A DNA stretch of 63,994 nt, counting the filler, from Octopus bimaculoides (Eukaryota): NCBI RefSeq assembly GCF_001194135.2. It is 8 parts of 8 records of this genome, joined end to end, with 100 filler letters (N's around TTAATTAATTAA, not from the genome) between each part and the next. Parts side by side here need not be neighbours in the genome. Positions count along the whole stretch, not along the records: positions 24,017 to 25,090 come from NW_026346785.1; positions 25,191 to 51,811 come from NC_069002.1; 6 more parts are not named here. One strand, written 5' to 3'. The translations under genes and the position numbers were made by a program. The notes under the pieces are model-generated. The model had not been told where the DNA came from. It saw nothing but the letters and a program-made list of their open reading frames with translations, and did not search any database. Below are positions 24,017 through 38,222 of the stretch, piece after piece (positions within the stretch are counted from its first letter, which is position 1; each line of letters starts with the position of its first letter).

Positions 24017-24448
24017 TCATAGCAGTCCTATATTATCTATAAAAAAAAATGAAGTAGACTGACATATCAAATTTCGAACCTGTTGAAGGTATGCGAGATA
24101 CGGAAATATTGCTCAGCAAATTTAATTATGGGACTCGTCTTCTTTATTTATATATTCCTAACAGAGGAGTCATAGCAGTCCTATATTATCTATAAAAAAA
24201 ATGAAGTAGACTGACATATCAAATTTCGAACCCGTTGAAGGTACGCGAGATACCGAAATATTGTTCAGCAAATTTAATTATGGAACTCTTCTTCTTTATT
24301 TACATATTCCCTCCAGAAGAGTCATAGCAGTCCTATATTATCTATTAAAAAAAATGAAGTAGACTGACATATCAAATTTTGAACCCGTTGAAGGTACGCG
24401 AGATACCAAAATATTGTTCAGCAAATTTAATTATGGAACTCTTCTTTT
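24017..24448 (+). repeat. ~152-bp tandem repeat, about 2.8 copies
   Basis: Unit TCATAGCAGTCCTATATTATCTAT(A)nTGAAGTAGACTGACATATCAAATTT.GAACC.GTTGAAGG... starts at 24017, 24170 and 24322. Confidence 0.92.
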
Positions 24449-25090
24449 TTATTATTGTTATTATTATTAAGGAGATGGATATGCTATAATGATATTTTTA
24501 TTACTATTAAAAAATAAGTAAATTAATAAATGAATGAATAAACAATTAAAAATATAAAATAATAGAAAAAACCTATGTGTATAGGTAGTGGGAGCAGTAT
24601 GATAGACAAATTAAAAGAGATATTGATGTCAATCAAAAATTGATATTAAAGTTATGGTGTAGTGTGTACGATGCAGAGACTCTGCATTAACATATCTGGT
24701 TACAAAGGTGGGAAACAAAAATTACAAAGTTATAATTAACTAAAATATATTTGAGTATGATTATAAATCCAATGGATAAAAAAAAAACTACTAAAAGTGT
24801 TGAAAGAATAATAATAATAAGAGGACCATCAGGCAAGAAGGAAAAGTTGTAGGGATTGACCAAATGGGTAAATGGAGGTAACTGGAGGAGATTTATTACC
24901 TAAATTTAATAAAAATAAATACAAAGTGGGGTAATTGTACATACCACATGTTATGTGGCGGTTAACTAGTGAGTATGTTGGTAGGTAAAAAAAGTAACTA
25001 AAATTAATAAAAAGGATGAAATTAATGAAACAAGCTGAAAGTGTGTTTCCTCCAATGCTAGCATCTGTATGCTCTCTGTGTTATCTGGTT

Positions 25091-25190
25091 NNNNNNNNNN
25101 NNNNNNNNNNNNNNNNNNNNNNNNNNNNNNNNNNTTAATTAATTAANNNNNNNNNNNNNNNNNNNNNNNNNNNNNNNNNNNNNNNNNNNN
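25091..25190. other. Artificial scaffold join 2
   Basis: Linker TTAATTAATTAA at 25135-25146 between 44-N runs. Confidence 0.95.
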
Positions 25191-25353
25191 TTCTTATGGT
25201 TTCTTAAACATTCACTTGAACAAAACTGTACAAATCCAAATATATGGTACCCTAGGCATAACACCTACATGAACTTCTAACTTGTTGTCTCTTGAGGTCT
25301 CTGGGTGAGACTTGGATCCAACTTGTACAAATACAAAACAAAAGTCAAACATA
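25191..25353 (+). mobile_element. Probable LINE 3' UTR ending in a (TAA)n tail
   Basis: Non-coding, ends ...CAAAAGTCAAACATAA directly before (TAA)n at ~25354-25400; an R4/Dong-like origin is inferred only. Confidence 0.45.
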
Positions 25354-25354
25354 A

Positions 25355-25395
<41 letters not shown>

Positions 25396-25402
25396 TAATA
25401 AA

Positions 25403-25797
25403 TGCCCGGATGCAGTACCAGGCAGTGGCTCTCATGTGTTCTGATCATCATTGATTGTAAGTGTTATCATGTACATTGTTTTGTCGTGGTGTAAAAGATA
25501 GGCTGCAGCCAATATTCTCCTCAATACCACAAATTTACTGGTCAGTTGTTTGACCTTAACCAGTTGAGCTTGTCCCTTGGTGGCTGACGATATGTGCATC
25601 TCTGATCACGAGTAGATGTAGTGGGGGAGTATCACAGCCATGTGTTGAGAGGAATTCTTTCGGGTTTGAATCATTCATATTTGGATACATAAGGTGTTTT
25701 GCTCAGCAAACCTTATTCAGGGACCTTTTAAGCGGAATGGGCTACTCGACCTGAAGAAAATTCTAAGTGAGCCCCACCTGCAAGGTCATGCGCCGTT
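25403..25797 (+). mobile_element. Non-coding (TAA)n-associated repeat element, copy 2 (one end truncated)
   Basis: Begins (TAA)n-AATGCCCGGATGCAGTACCAGGCAGTGGCTCTCATG; reverse complement of parts of the 16556 and 50147 copies. Confidence 0.75.
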
Positions 25798-25901
25798 TCT
25801 TTTCTTCTTCTTCTTGTTATTATTATTACTATTATTATTATCATCATTATTATCATTATTATTATTATTATTATCATTGTAATTCTCATTATTCTTATTT
25901 T

Positions 25902-25961
<60 letters not shown>

Positions 25962-28359
25962 AATTATGAAAGCAGAAGCTACTACAATGCAGTCATTAAC
26001 TAATATTTCCATGAAATAAGAAGCGATGTGCTTTATTTAGAAGAAAAAACCGCAATGGGTTTTTGGTAGCGTAGGGCAAAGTAATCTATCAGTCATTAAA
26101 GAAAGAAAGAAGCATTATGAAACGTTGATGAAGAAGTAAATTTACTAATAAATTTTAAAATGTCTTCTAATAAAACAACTCATAAAAGCAAAGTCAATTT
26201 TGAAAATGTTTGCTTAAATAATTATCGTAGAAAACACCAAGCAAATTCTTGATGTTTCTTGTCGCATGGCTATCAGGAAACTAATTAAAACAACCAGTCG
26301 ATCAATGTCATATGGGTGTCACACGACTGTTTTGGGGAATCACTGTTTCTCCTGACTGAAAAGAAAAAACTGGATTTATTTCAAATAGAATTGTGTAGTT
26401 ATTATTTTTTGTATCAGAAACTTTTTTCCTTTATACATCCTCGTTTTATCGATGTCAATCTATTTTATGCTTTATTTATTTTTCTTCCCGTTTATTTTGC
26501 TTGATATTTCAACTTTTGCAATATATCATTTGAAACTGCTGATAAATCCGTGCTTTATCAGGAATTAACCTATTTCTTGATATTTGGCTAGGTCTTCGTT
26601 TATACACTGGATTAATATTCGGTCAGTTGATCCTCAACGAAAGAGGTTACATGTCAGTTTGCCGAACTCTCTCTGGTCTTTTGTCCAATCATATCTCTTT
26701 AATTCCGGGTGGCATTCGACCCTAAATACTTGTGTCAGGTAAGGAGAACTGAATGTCCATTAGACTGAGAGAATAAAAATTCTTAGTTGAGACTTCATTG
26801 TGATGTTGGTTCATGTCACATAATATTATTGAGAAAAATATCAATATGGTAGCTTCTGTTCTCTCCTCGCTTAACTTCATTCTTGCATTCGCGTGTTCTT
26901 AGCATAGTTAAATAGTATTAACTCTTTAGTGTTCAGCTGAGAGACTTGACCATGGAAAGGTGAAACAGTTATACAGTACACCGTTGAGTGCCGTTCTTAG
27001 AGAATCTTACATTCTCAAATCTACCTTTAACAAAGTCGGTTCCACACACGATCGCTTCAAAAAGCTTTTTCCTAAATTCCTTTTCTACGCTCATCACAAT
27101 ACACCAACAACACTATATCATATATTTCCATGTTAAAGATAATAAAATACTCGTTAAATATTAAAGAAGCACAGTAACTCGAATTTTGCTATATTTTCAC
27201 ACTTCTGATCGATGTAGTTTTAGGGATAACAATTATCAAAAGGTATAGTGAAGTCCTGAAGGACTAAAAATGACAGATAATCACATTTTAGTTCAAATAT
27301 ATCACACCCCAACATAAACATTAGATTGATACCAAATTCCAAATAGAAATATTGGATATTGAATATGATACAAACTTATTTCTAATACTAAATCATAAAA
27401 TATAGACCGTTTGACTCCATACTACCTTTTAATATCAGGAGAGAAATTTTAAAGAAAATTATTAAATTAACAAGTGTACTCGTGTATTTTAAAAAAATTA
27501 TTGAATATTGATACTGTTCGATTATTTCTAGTGTGTCTATGGCTGTCTAATAAAATCGATTGTCAGAATGAGTGTTTCGAAATGATATATCGAAAATCGA
27601 CCGGCACAACAAAATTTTATTGCAAGAATTTTCTGGAAATGGTAATCAGCAAATTTCTTTCAATTCAGAAATGAGCTAGGATCACCATCTAAGTATATAT
27701 ATATATATATATATATGTCGTAGCTGTTTGCATATAAGCATGTGTGAATCTCTATCAATCGATTATCGGCAACGGATTAAATTACACTGAGAGGGGAACG
27801 ACATATTGGAAGATATATTTCAGATACTCTGCTTTGATAACCTAATATAAGATATCCCATATTCACAAAGGAATAATAATATATTCCTTGGATACGAAGT
27901 AAAACGAACGAAGTACCATGAAAAGGAAAAGATAAAAAAACACTAAAATAGGACGTGGCAGAAAGGATAGTGAATTTCTGTCTTGTTTTGAAACGATTTT
28001 ACGCCAAATATCTCATTTTTTAGGGCTGTCATAGGATGTAATTAACTTGATATGATTCTTTTTCAACAGAGATAGAGAAATAGAGAGAGACGGAGAGGGA
28101 GAGAAAGAGAGTGAATGCTTGTGTGTTTGTATGTGTGTATGACTGTGATTGTATGATTTTGTATGTGTATTTAGATTAAGTATTTTGTATTCTAATTTTA
28201 TATCATTATAAAGAAAACGTATCACTGAAACTTTAATTTTCTAGAAATAAATGTTAAATCGATCATATCTGAAACTTTTTATATTTCAGTGTATTAACAA
28301 CATTGCATACATTCTTGCATGTATAGATACAGACATACATATATATACATGCATGCATT

Positions 28360-28391
<32 letters not shown>

Positions 28392-29386
28392 NNNNNNNNN
28401 NNNNNNNNNNNNNNNNNNNNNNNNNNNNNNNNNNNNNNNNNNNNNNNNNNNNNNNNNNNNNNNNNNNNNNNNNNNNNNNNNNNNNNNNNNNNNNNNNNNN
28501 NNNNNNNNNNNNNNNNNNNNNNNNNNNNNNNNNNNNNNNNNNNNNNNNNNNNNNNNNNNNNNNNNNNNNNNNNNNNNNNNNNNNNNNNNNNNNNNNNNNN
28601 NNNNNNNNNNNNNNNNNNNNNNNNNNNNNNNNNNNNNNNNNNNNNNNNNNNNNNNNNNNNNNNNNNNNNNNNNNNNNNNNNNNNNNNNNNNNNNNNNNNN
28701 NNNNNNNNNNNNNNNNNNNNNNNNNNNNNNNNNNNNNNNNNNNNNNNNNNNNNNNNNNNNNNNNNNNNNNNNNNNNNNNNNNNNNNNNNNNNNNNNNNNN
28801 NNNNNNNNNNNNNNNNNNNNNNNNNNNNNNNNNNNNNNNNNNNNNNNNNNNNNNNNNNNNNNNNNNNNNNNNNNNNNNNNNNNNNNNNNNNNNNNNNNNN
28901 NNNNNNNNNNNNNNNNNNNNNNNNNNNNNNNNNNNNNNNNNNNNNNNNNNNNNNNNNNNNNNNNNNNNNNNNNNNNNNNNNNNNNNNNNNNNNNNNNNNN
29001 NNNNNNNNNNNNNNNNNNNNNNNNNNNNNNNNNNNNNNNNNNNNNNNNNNNNNNNNNNNNNNNNNNNNNNNNNNNNNNNNNNNNNNNNNNNNNNNNNNNN
29101 NNNNNNNNNNNNNNNNNNNNNNNNNNNNNNNNNNNNNNNNNNNNNNNNNNNNNNNNNNNNNNNNNNNNNNNNNNNNNNNNNNNNNNNNNNNNNNNNNNNN
29201 NNNNNNNNNNNNNNNNNNNNNNNNNNNNNNNNNNNNNNNNNNNNNNNNNNNNNNNNNNNNNNNNNNNNNNNNNNNNNNNNNNNNNNNNNNNNNNNNNNNN
29301 NNNNNNNNNNNNNNNNNNNNNNNNNNNNNNNNNNNNNNNNNNNNNNNNNNNNNNNNNNNNNNNNNNNNNNNNNNNNNNNNNNNNNN

Positions 29387-29530
29387 GTGTGTGTGTGTGT
29401 GCGTGTGTGTTTGTGTGTCTGTGTTTGCCCCCCCCAATCGCTTGACAACCGATGCTGGTGTGTTTACGTCCCCGTAACTTAGTGATTCGGCAAAAAGAGA
29501 CCGATAGAATAAGTACTAGGCTTACAAAGA
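29387..29530 (+). mobile_element. SINE family A tail after a large gap
   Basis: GTTTGCCCCCCCAATCGCTTGACAACCGATGCTGGTGTGTTTACGTCCCCGTAACTTAG...GATAGAATAAGTACTAGGCTTACAAAG. Confidence 0.85.
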
Positions 29531-30116
29531 ATGAGATGAAGAGACCAATGGCATAAATAAATTTATATTTTATGTAGAATGTCTTACAGCTGTTTCAGGG
29601 AAAATTCAATGTATCCCTTCATCGCAGACGGAAATAGTGGCAGTTAAGGATTATTAAATCTGTAGGAGGTGATTTGCATTAACAAATGAGAGCGATGCGG
29701 TGAAGAAAAAATAAAGAAGAAAAAGTACTTGGAGCATAGTTCCATTCCAAAGGTAAATATCCATGTATAGAATCCGTGTGAGTATTTTCCACTGATAAAT
29801 ATAGTTATATTGGTAGAAATAAATTATTTCGTATCCAGTTTACTCTGTGCGTTGTTTACTTAAAAGACAACCCGAAGTGAGTGGAAGATGTGAGTGGGAT
29901 TGTGAGATCAAGCCTTAAGACAGGAAGGAAGGAGGAGGAAATAGTTAAGAGAGAAATGAAGGTAGTAGTGCATATGGACAGGTAGATATGCAGATAGATA
30001 GCTTACATAGGTAATATGGACAGACGGGCAAAGACACACATACATACAAATGAAGACTGAAGCACATGACCATATAGATGAATGGAGGAAGATGTGTGAG
30101 AGATTGTAAGGTCAGT

Positions 30117-30166
<50 letters not shown>

Positions 30167-30599
30167 GTATGTGTCTATATATATAATGTATGTATATATA
30201 TATATATATATATAATGTATGTATATATATAACGTATGTGTATATATATTATATATATATTCATACACGCGCACATATGCAAGCACGCACAAACAGACGC
30301 AGAAACAGACATGCACACAGAAACAAACACACACAAGCACACACACATTCACACACACTTACACGCGTGTGTGTGTATACACTTAAAACCATATAAAGAT
30401 ATTAGTTTGGGATTATTTAGTGCTGAAGAAATATCAAAATAATCACAAAAGATGATCAGTCAAAAGCAAAGCTTAAAAACAATACATAGAAAATAATAAT
30501 TTAAGATGCAAAAAATACTATTTTTCACCAATTTAAAAAATGGAAGTAAGAATGGTTCTACGATAAAATCTCCAGTAATAAATATACTGACGAATGGGC

Positions 30600-30880
<281 letters not shown>

Positions 30881-31439
30881 CAATAGTAGTAACTGTAATA
30901 GCAGAAGTTGTATTAATATAATAGATGATGAGGAAGTATTTGGTGGTGTTGCTGTCGTTGGTGAAGGATTATCGTGACAAAATATTTTGAAACGATGATG
31001 AGATAAGTCAATGATATCAATATCGATAGGAAAGTCCATAAATAAAAAAAAAGGAATGAAAATAACAATCAGCACCCATAAGAATGGAAATGGTTCATAG
31101 CGTGCAGTAATGTTATGTGGTGAAATAGAAGAAATGTACCAGGCTGTGGGTAGGAAATTTTGGAACAGAATAATGAAACTACTACTAAAGACGGCTGTTA
31201 GATATATTGGTGATATGGAGATTGAAAAATAAGGTTAGAGAAGGAAAATCAAGTGATGATGAGGGATACAGAAGTTTTGTTAACAGAGTTAGAAACTGTT
31301 CCATTTGAACGGTATGGATATATAATAAATAGCACCAACAGATTTGTTAATTATTGGAGAAGGTAGGGGAAGAATTTGACATCGCGTAAAACTAATGACA
31401 TATGCAAGCACAACGGCATCTGACCATTAATCTTTCTAT

Positions 31440-31920
31440 AATTAAATAGGGGGCAAGGACTCAACATTAGGGGCGATGAAAAAGCAAGGGCGCTCCATCA
31501 GATCACAACTATGTAGGACGTATCCCTTTCAGAATACCACATGCACAAGTGATAATAGCAAGCTATCTAATATTGACTCTAGAATGAACTGTAGAATTAG
31601 AAGTGCAATGTATAGCATAAGGCGCATAGAGGTTGCTTCTAAAGGCACGAACATAAAATACATAGTTGAGACATCTAGTACTTTTGCGGAGACTAAATGA
31701 CAATCTGAGACAATATGACAACAAAAAACAATTCTCCATACTCTACCAACATATCAAGGACCAACATGAAGGCACACTGCGTCAGCTTAACATTCACATT
31801 TTATCCAAGCACCCAAAGGACCCAACACTCACAAAAGTACAAGAGTACGTCATCATTAATGAAACATCCCCAGTACTAAATATGAAATATACATACAAGG
31901 TGTCATACTCCAATACACAC
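31440..31920 (+). mobile_element. Penelope-like GIY-YIG endonuclease fragment (frameshifted)
   Basis: MYSIRRIE.ASKGTNIKYIVETS (degenerate GIY...YIGET), then RLNDNLRQY..SILYQHIKDQH...IHILSKHPKDPTL.KVQEYVII....PVLN.K. Confidence 0.75.
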
Positions 31921-33451
31921 AATTTATATATACACAGTGTTATTAGTAAGGCGTTATGTAGGCGTGCATCTGATGTGTGTAGGCGTGTGTGTGTGTGTGC
32001 GCGCGTATATATATATATATATATATATATNNNNNNNNNNNNNNNNNNNNNNNNNNNNNNNNNNNNNNNNNNNNNNNNNNNNNNNNNNNNNNNNNNNNNN
32101 NNNNNNNNNNNNNNNNNNNNNNNNNNNNNNNNNNNNNNNNNNNNNNNNNNNNNNNNNNNNNNNNNNNNNNNNNNNNNNNNNNNNNNNNNNNNNNNNNNNN
32201 NNNNNNNNNNNNNNNNNNNNNNNNNNNNNNNNNNNNNNNNNNNNNNNNNNNNNNNNNNNNNNNNNNNNNNNNNNNNNNNNNATATATATATATATATATA
32301 TAGGTGTGTGTGCATATGTATGTATATGTGGGTAACGCATATGGACAAGTAGACATACACATAGAAAGCTTACATAGGTAATATGGACAGACGGGCAAAG
32401 ACACACATACATACATACAAATGAAGACTGAAGCACATGACCATATAGATACACGCACACTTCACACAAGGACACATATAGAGACACACATCCATACATA
32501 ACAGACGCACATGCAGTCACACAAACCCATACACAGGCACACTCAAACATGCACACACACACAAATGCACACACACACACACACACATACACACACATAC
32601 ACATACACACACACAAGCGCACTAAGATGAACACACAGGTACATAGATATGCAGAATGCATACATATATATNNNNNNNNNNNNNNNNNNNNNNNNNNNNN
32701 NNNNNNNNNNNNNNNNNNNNNNNNNNNNNNNNNNNNNNNNNNNNNNNNNNNNNNNNNNNNNNNNNNNNNNNNNNNNNNNNNNNNNNNNNNNNNNNNNNNN
32801 NNNNNNNNNNNNNNNNNNNNNNNNNNNNNNNNNNNNNNNNNNNNNNNNNNNNNNNNNNNNNNNNNNNNNNNNNNNNNNNNNNNNNNNNNNNNNNNNNNNN
32901 NNNNNNNNNNNNNNNNNNNNNNNNNNNNNNNNNNNNNNNNNNNNNNNNNNNNNNNNNNNNNNNNNNNNNNNNNNNNNNNNNNNNNNNNNNNNNNNNNNNN
33001 NNNNNNNNNNNNNNNNNNNNNNNNNNNNNNNNNNNNNNNNNNNNNNNNNNNNNNNNNNNNNNNNNNNNNNNNNNNNNNNNNNNNNNNNNNNNNNNNNNNN
33101 NNNNNNNNNNNNNNNNNNNNNNNNNNNNNNNNNNNNNNNNNNNNNNNNNNNNNNNNNNNNNNNNNNNNNNNNNNNNNNNNNNNNNNNNNNNNNNNNNNNN
33201 NNNNNNNNNNNNNNNNNNNNNNNNNNNNNNNNNNNNNNNNNNNNNNNNNNNNNNNNNNNNNNNNNNNNNNNNNNNATACGTATATACGTATACCCGCGCA
33301 TACACACATGCATGCATATACACACACATATATATACATATATAAATACATATATATGTATATGCGCATACACACTGACGACTCTCTCCAGGCACAATAA
33401 ATATGCTTCAACACACGATTACACATAAAGTGTCTTGCAGACCAAATACAA

Positions 33452-33491
<40 letters not shown>

Positions 33492-33494
<3 letters not shown>

Positions 33495-33650
33495 CGATGG
33501 GTTTCTTTCAATTTCCGTCTACCAAATACACTCACAAGTCTTTGGTCGTCCTGAGGATATAGTTGGAGACACTTGCCTCAGGTGGAAGGCAGTGGGACTA
33601 TGCCCGGAACCATGTGGTTGGTAAGCAAGCTAATTACGACACAGCCACTT
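33492..33650 (-). mobile_element. SINE family A head
   Basis: TTTCTTTCAATTTCCGTCTACCAAAT.CACTCACAAG...CCCGGAACCATGTGGTTGGTAAGCAAGC..ACACAGCCAC. Confidence 0.85.
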
Positions 33651-33734
33651 CTCTGCCTACATCTATCTATCTATACATACATACATACATACATACATCT
33701 ATCTCACTCTCTGTCTTTCACTCTCTCTCTCTCA

Positions 33735-33773
<39 letters not shown>

Positions 33774-33774
33774 C

Positions 33775-33809
<35 letters not shown>

Positions 33810-33899
33810 CACACATATATATATATATACACAGGGAGTGAGAGAGATATAGATAGATAAATAGATAGTTAGATAGACAGATATGTCTTTTCGAGTTTA

Positions 33900-34132
33900 A
33901 GTTTACTGCTTAGGCTTAACTATCGTGTGCACATTTTGAAGACGAGGCTATTCCCGTATGCTTATTTTACGATACTGCAATGCTATCAAACATGCTAATG
34001 ACACGATCCTAAAATGAATTGCGACATCGTGACTCTACTCTGCTCTGTAGCAGATAAAATCTGAAACAAACAATGCACATGTGCAAAACTAAAAAGTATA
34101 AAATGACGACAATTTACCCATCGCACCCTGTA
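33900..34132. mobile_element. Possible Tc1/mariner-type MITE, one end only
   Basis: Ends CCATCGCACCCTGTA, whose reverse complement TACAGGGTG is a mariner-type terminus with TA; the other end is not identified. Confidence 0.35.
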
Positions 34133-34646
34133 TATNNNNNNNNNNNNNNNNNNNNNNNNNNNNNNNNNNNNNNNNNNNNNNNNNNNNNNNNNNNNNNNNN
34201 NNNNNNNNNNNNNNNNNNNNNNNNNNNNNNNNNNNNNNNNNNNNNNNNNNNNNNNNNNNNNNNNNNNNNNNNNNNNNNNNNNNNNNNNNNNNNNNNNNNN
34301 NNNNNNNNNNNNNNNNNNNNNNNNNNNNNNNNNNNNNNNNNNNNNNNNNNNNNNNNNNNNNNNNNNNNNNNNNNNNNNNNNNNNNNNNNNNNNNNNNNNN
34401 NNNNNNNNNNNNNNNNNNNNNNNNNNNNNNNNNNNNNNNNNNNNNNNNNNNNNNNNNNNNNNNNNNNNNNNNNNNNNNNNNNNNNNNNNNNNNNNNNNNN
34501 NNNNNNNNNNNNNNNNNNNNNNNNNNNNNNNNNNNNNNNNNNNNNNNNNNNNNNNNNNNNNNNNNNNNNNNNNNNNNNNNNACAGAGACACACAGACACA
34601 CACACAGACGTACACACGCACATATGTATATGTATATGTATATGTA

Positions 34647-34707
<61 letters not shown>

Positions 34708-37313
34708 GCAGAAATAATTATAACAACGTGGGTGTATGTTTTGGTTATGTACACAACTGATATAAATACATTTCGAGATATGCTTAGATGTAGATAAATA
34801 TATAACAGAAAATTCGATTTGATACTTCCTAACGATATTTGCAAACATCAATATTACCGCTACGACCATCACCACTCCAACCATTTCTATTACACGCTTC
34901 CCTCTCTCTTGCATCCTCAACATCGCCATGATGATGATCTTCAAACAGCGTCTACACAAAATTCATCCTCCCACCCTACAACCTTCCCGTACGCAGCGAA
35001 AGATTTATGTCTTATTTGATATTATCTCTTGCTTTATGAATCATTTCAATTTCTGTCTATTTCAATTGCTGATTGTTTTAGGAAATCTATTTTCGATTTA
35101 ATTTTTGCTTGTTTGTTTTGTTTCTGTTCTTTTAATGGTTTTATTCTAATTTTCTTCCAAATTCGTTTTCCGATTCATTATTTATATTTTGTACGATTCA
35201 AGCAAACAGTTTTGCAGGCGGCCGATCGTTATTTTATTTAATGATTTTAATACAAATATAGTCAGTCATTCAGCATTAAAACTCGTCTAATTTTAAAGAG
35301 AATAACATTATCTCTTTTGATATAAAGTACAAAGACACACACACAGACACTCGTTGAACGGTACTGATGTAAAAGACATTAGTATACATTCGCTCACTTA
35401 AATCATGGTTATATAACATATAACCTTATGCAACACTTGTGTAAAGGCACTGGAGACAATATTTGTGCCGGGCAAAATATATGCAATTGATCACATCATA
35501 TTATCGACACTGCGAATCGGGTCCATGTTTTAACTCACAAGATCGAATACTTTGCGATATTCGCTCCGGCTCTTGTCGTTCCGAAATCAAATTCCGCGAA
35601 GGTCATCTTCAATGTTTTCCCTTTTCAATGTTAACATCTAAACACCTATCAATTGCGTGCCTCCTTTTTGTTTTCCATTTAATATTTCCGTTTCAAAGAT
35701 AACGGCTCGGGTCAAACTTATATGGTAACACTGGTCCTCATAATTCAATATGTCATTGATATACCTGGGTGTTGACATGGTACACAAGACACCATGGTAT
35801 AAGGTAAGTTATTGCTGAGGTTATTTGATATGCGTGTTATGTACTGGTATGTTTCCATAATTATTTACTTTATATGATTATTTCTTGGAGAATATATAAC
35901 GATAGATGTTAAATTTACATCGTATCTAAATGGACTCTTACTATAAAAGTCTCTGTTCACTACACAGTACTTTAAAAAAAATGGCACCCCGACAGTTACG
36001 AAGACAAATTTCCCAGTTTGTCCGATCAACATTAAAAGTAGTGAATACAGACTAGACGCACTGGTACGTTTAGGGGAATAATAGAGCTGCGCATTTTGAA
36101 GGTGCCTGACTTAGTGGTTAGCATAATCGCCTCGATTTACGTAGTAAACAAAGACGCTCGAAATTTATATTTTCATCTGGTAGTTATTTGTTTAGAATAC
36201 TATTTATTGAATGCATAAATGAATACATAAATTAATATACAGCCAATTTACATCAGGAAATATAAAGTAAAATACGAATAGACAAATTGATTGTCACACG
36301 TATTTTATTGCACACATACAAGCGTAACAGCAAAATTGAAACCCGCCCTTTGGCACTGACGATTCACAGCCATGAATTTATGCAGAGTAAAACCAAAACT
36401 GTAGGAGTGGGAAGGGGGTGCATACGGTCCTTTACATTTGCTCCTGTTAACTTACATAAAATAGTTTTTTAAATGCATGTTACAAGTTATCAAGACATAC
36501 GTGCAGGTGAGTGAGGGCTATAGTTTTCTGTATCTATTTCTCCACATACGGAAATGCACATTCACGCACAAACACGCACATACATGTCTGTTAGGGATTT
36601 CGTTCTGCCACTTGGTGCTGCAAAGCAATGAAGATTGAGTGAGTCAACCCATTAAATATTGTGCCTCTAGAGAGTCCATGTTTCACAGCCATATAGGAGA
36701 GAAGGGTAAGCACTGCTGCTCTATACACGTTTATATTTGTGTCCAGGCAGATACCATGATCTCTCCGCAATCTGTGCTAGACAATAGTGCTGTTATCGCT
36801 TCGTGCAGTTGCGTGTTGCCAAGGAAGCTGAATTTGGGAACAGCATGCAGAGGATATTGTCTACAATGACAACAAAAACATCATGTGGATAGTGAAAGGT
36901 CACAATCTTTCACAATCGGACTGATGGTTAAAATATGTGATGGCATTACGAAAAACAGTCTAATGTGTATGTATATATGTATGTATACATGTGTGTGTGT
37001 GTTAGCTAGAGTGGACGGGCTGAAATTAAAGCAGCCATATAGGCGCTGAAAAATCCTTAGATCGAGTAATGATGCCTATCACGTATATATTGCATAAACA
37101 AACAAAAGGTAGCGCAAGCAGTAAACTTTTGTGTTTCAGATTCTTTCTGAATGTCATTAGCCGAATATCAGAAACAGGTTTTCTATCGTTAACTCATGTG
37201 TGATTTTGTGTGTGTACATTTTTCCAAGTGTATGTGTGCGTGTATATATATATATATATATATATAGCGGCGTACGTACAGTTTGGTCTCTTATATGTAA
37301 GTACATATATAAA

Positions 37314-37362
<49 letters not shown>

Positions 37363-38191
37363 NNNNNNNNNNNNNNNNNNNNNNNNNNNNNNNNNNNNNN
37401 NNNNNNNNNNNNNNNNNNNNNNNNNNNNNNNNNNNNNNNNNNNNNNNNNNNNNNNNNNNNNNNNNNATATATATAAACTTTGTACGACTCTCTTTTTGTT
37501 TCATTCTTTCATTCTTCCTTTCGATCCACCTCTCTCGCATTTCCTGGCCCGCCCTTCATTCTCACCTACCCTACTCTTTCATTTCACTCTATCCATTTCC
37601 TGTTTTTCTCGTCCCTCCCTAATCTAATTTATCTATCCCTCTGCCTCTACCTCTCTCCTCTCCTTCCACGTGACCGGTGTTCAGCCAAGCCTGTCCTTAC
37701 TTGGTTCGACTACCATCCGTGAAACATCTATAATCATTCCCATGCCTGTTATTTCTTATGTCCCTGTCGTAAAGCTTCACTTCCACACACACCATATTAA
37801 TCTAATTCGTCCATAGTCGAAAGACACCTGTTGTTATGTCCTGTTATTTACATTTGTATTTGTGTACCATTTCTCCGTTTTTTTTTCGTCCGTGTTTTCA
37901 TATACATTCGCTGCTTTCGTCTAAGGAAGCTAGTGCATTGAGCTTAGATTTTCTTTGATGCTGGCCAGATTGGAGCAGTCTCGAGTACAACCAGCCGAAA
38001 CTGCAAAGATAATCTGGAACTTGACTGACGAAAGAACACTCCGAATGACCATTCCTTGTTTTTTCTTTCCCTATTTGTATCATCTAACTATCTGGATGTA
38101 ATCGTGTCGCCTGTTGCGTTCTTGTCCCTTTCTTTAAAATTGTTTTTATGTACATATAACGGTGTACGTACACTTTGGTCCCTCTTCCCTT

Positions 38192-38222
<31 letters not shown>

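Noticed and set aside
24017-24448. CRISPR-like interpretation of the tandem array
   Set aside because: The units are whole near-identical 152-mers with no unique spacers, and the context is eukaryotic.
24450-25090. AT-rich stretch whose minus strand faintly recalls mitochondrial ATP6 (FLPDGPLIIII)
   Set aside because: Stops flank the match, the RLxANxxAGH motif is absent, and hydrophobic look-alikes are expected in AT-rich DNA. A blastn against the mitogenome would settle it.
25403-25540. HDV-like ribozyme at the start of the TAA-associated element
   Set aside because: Some P2/P4-like pairings can be drawn, but there is no P3/L3/P1.1 arrangement.
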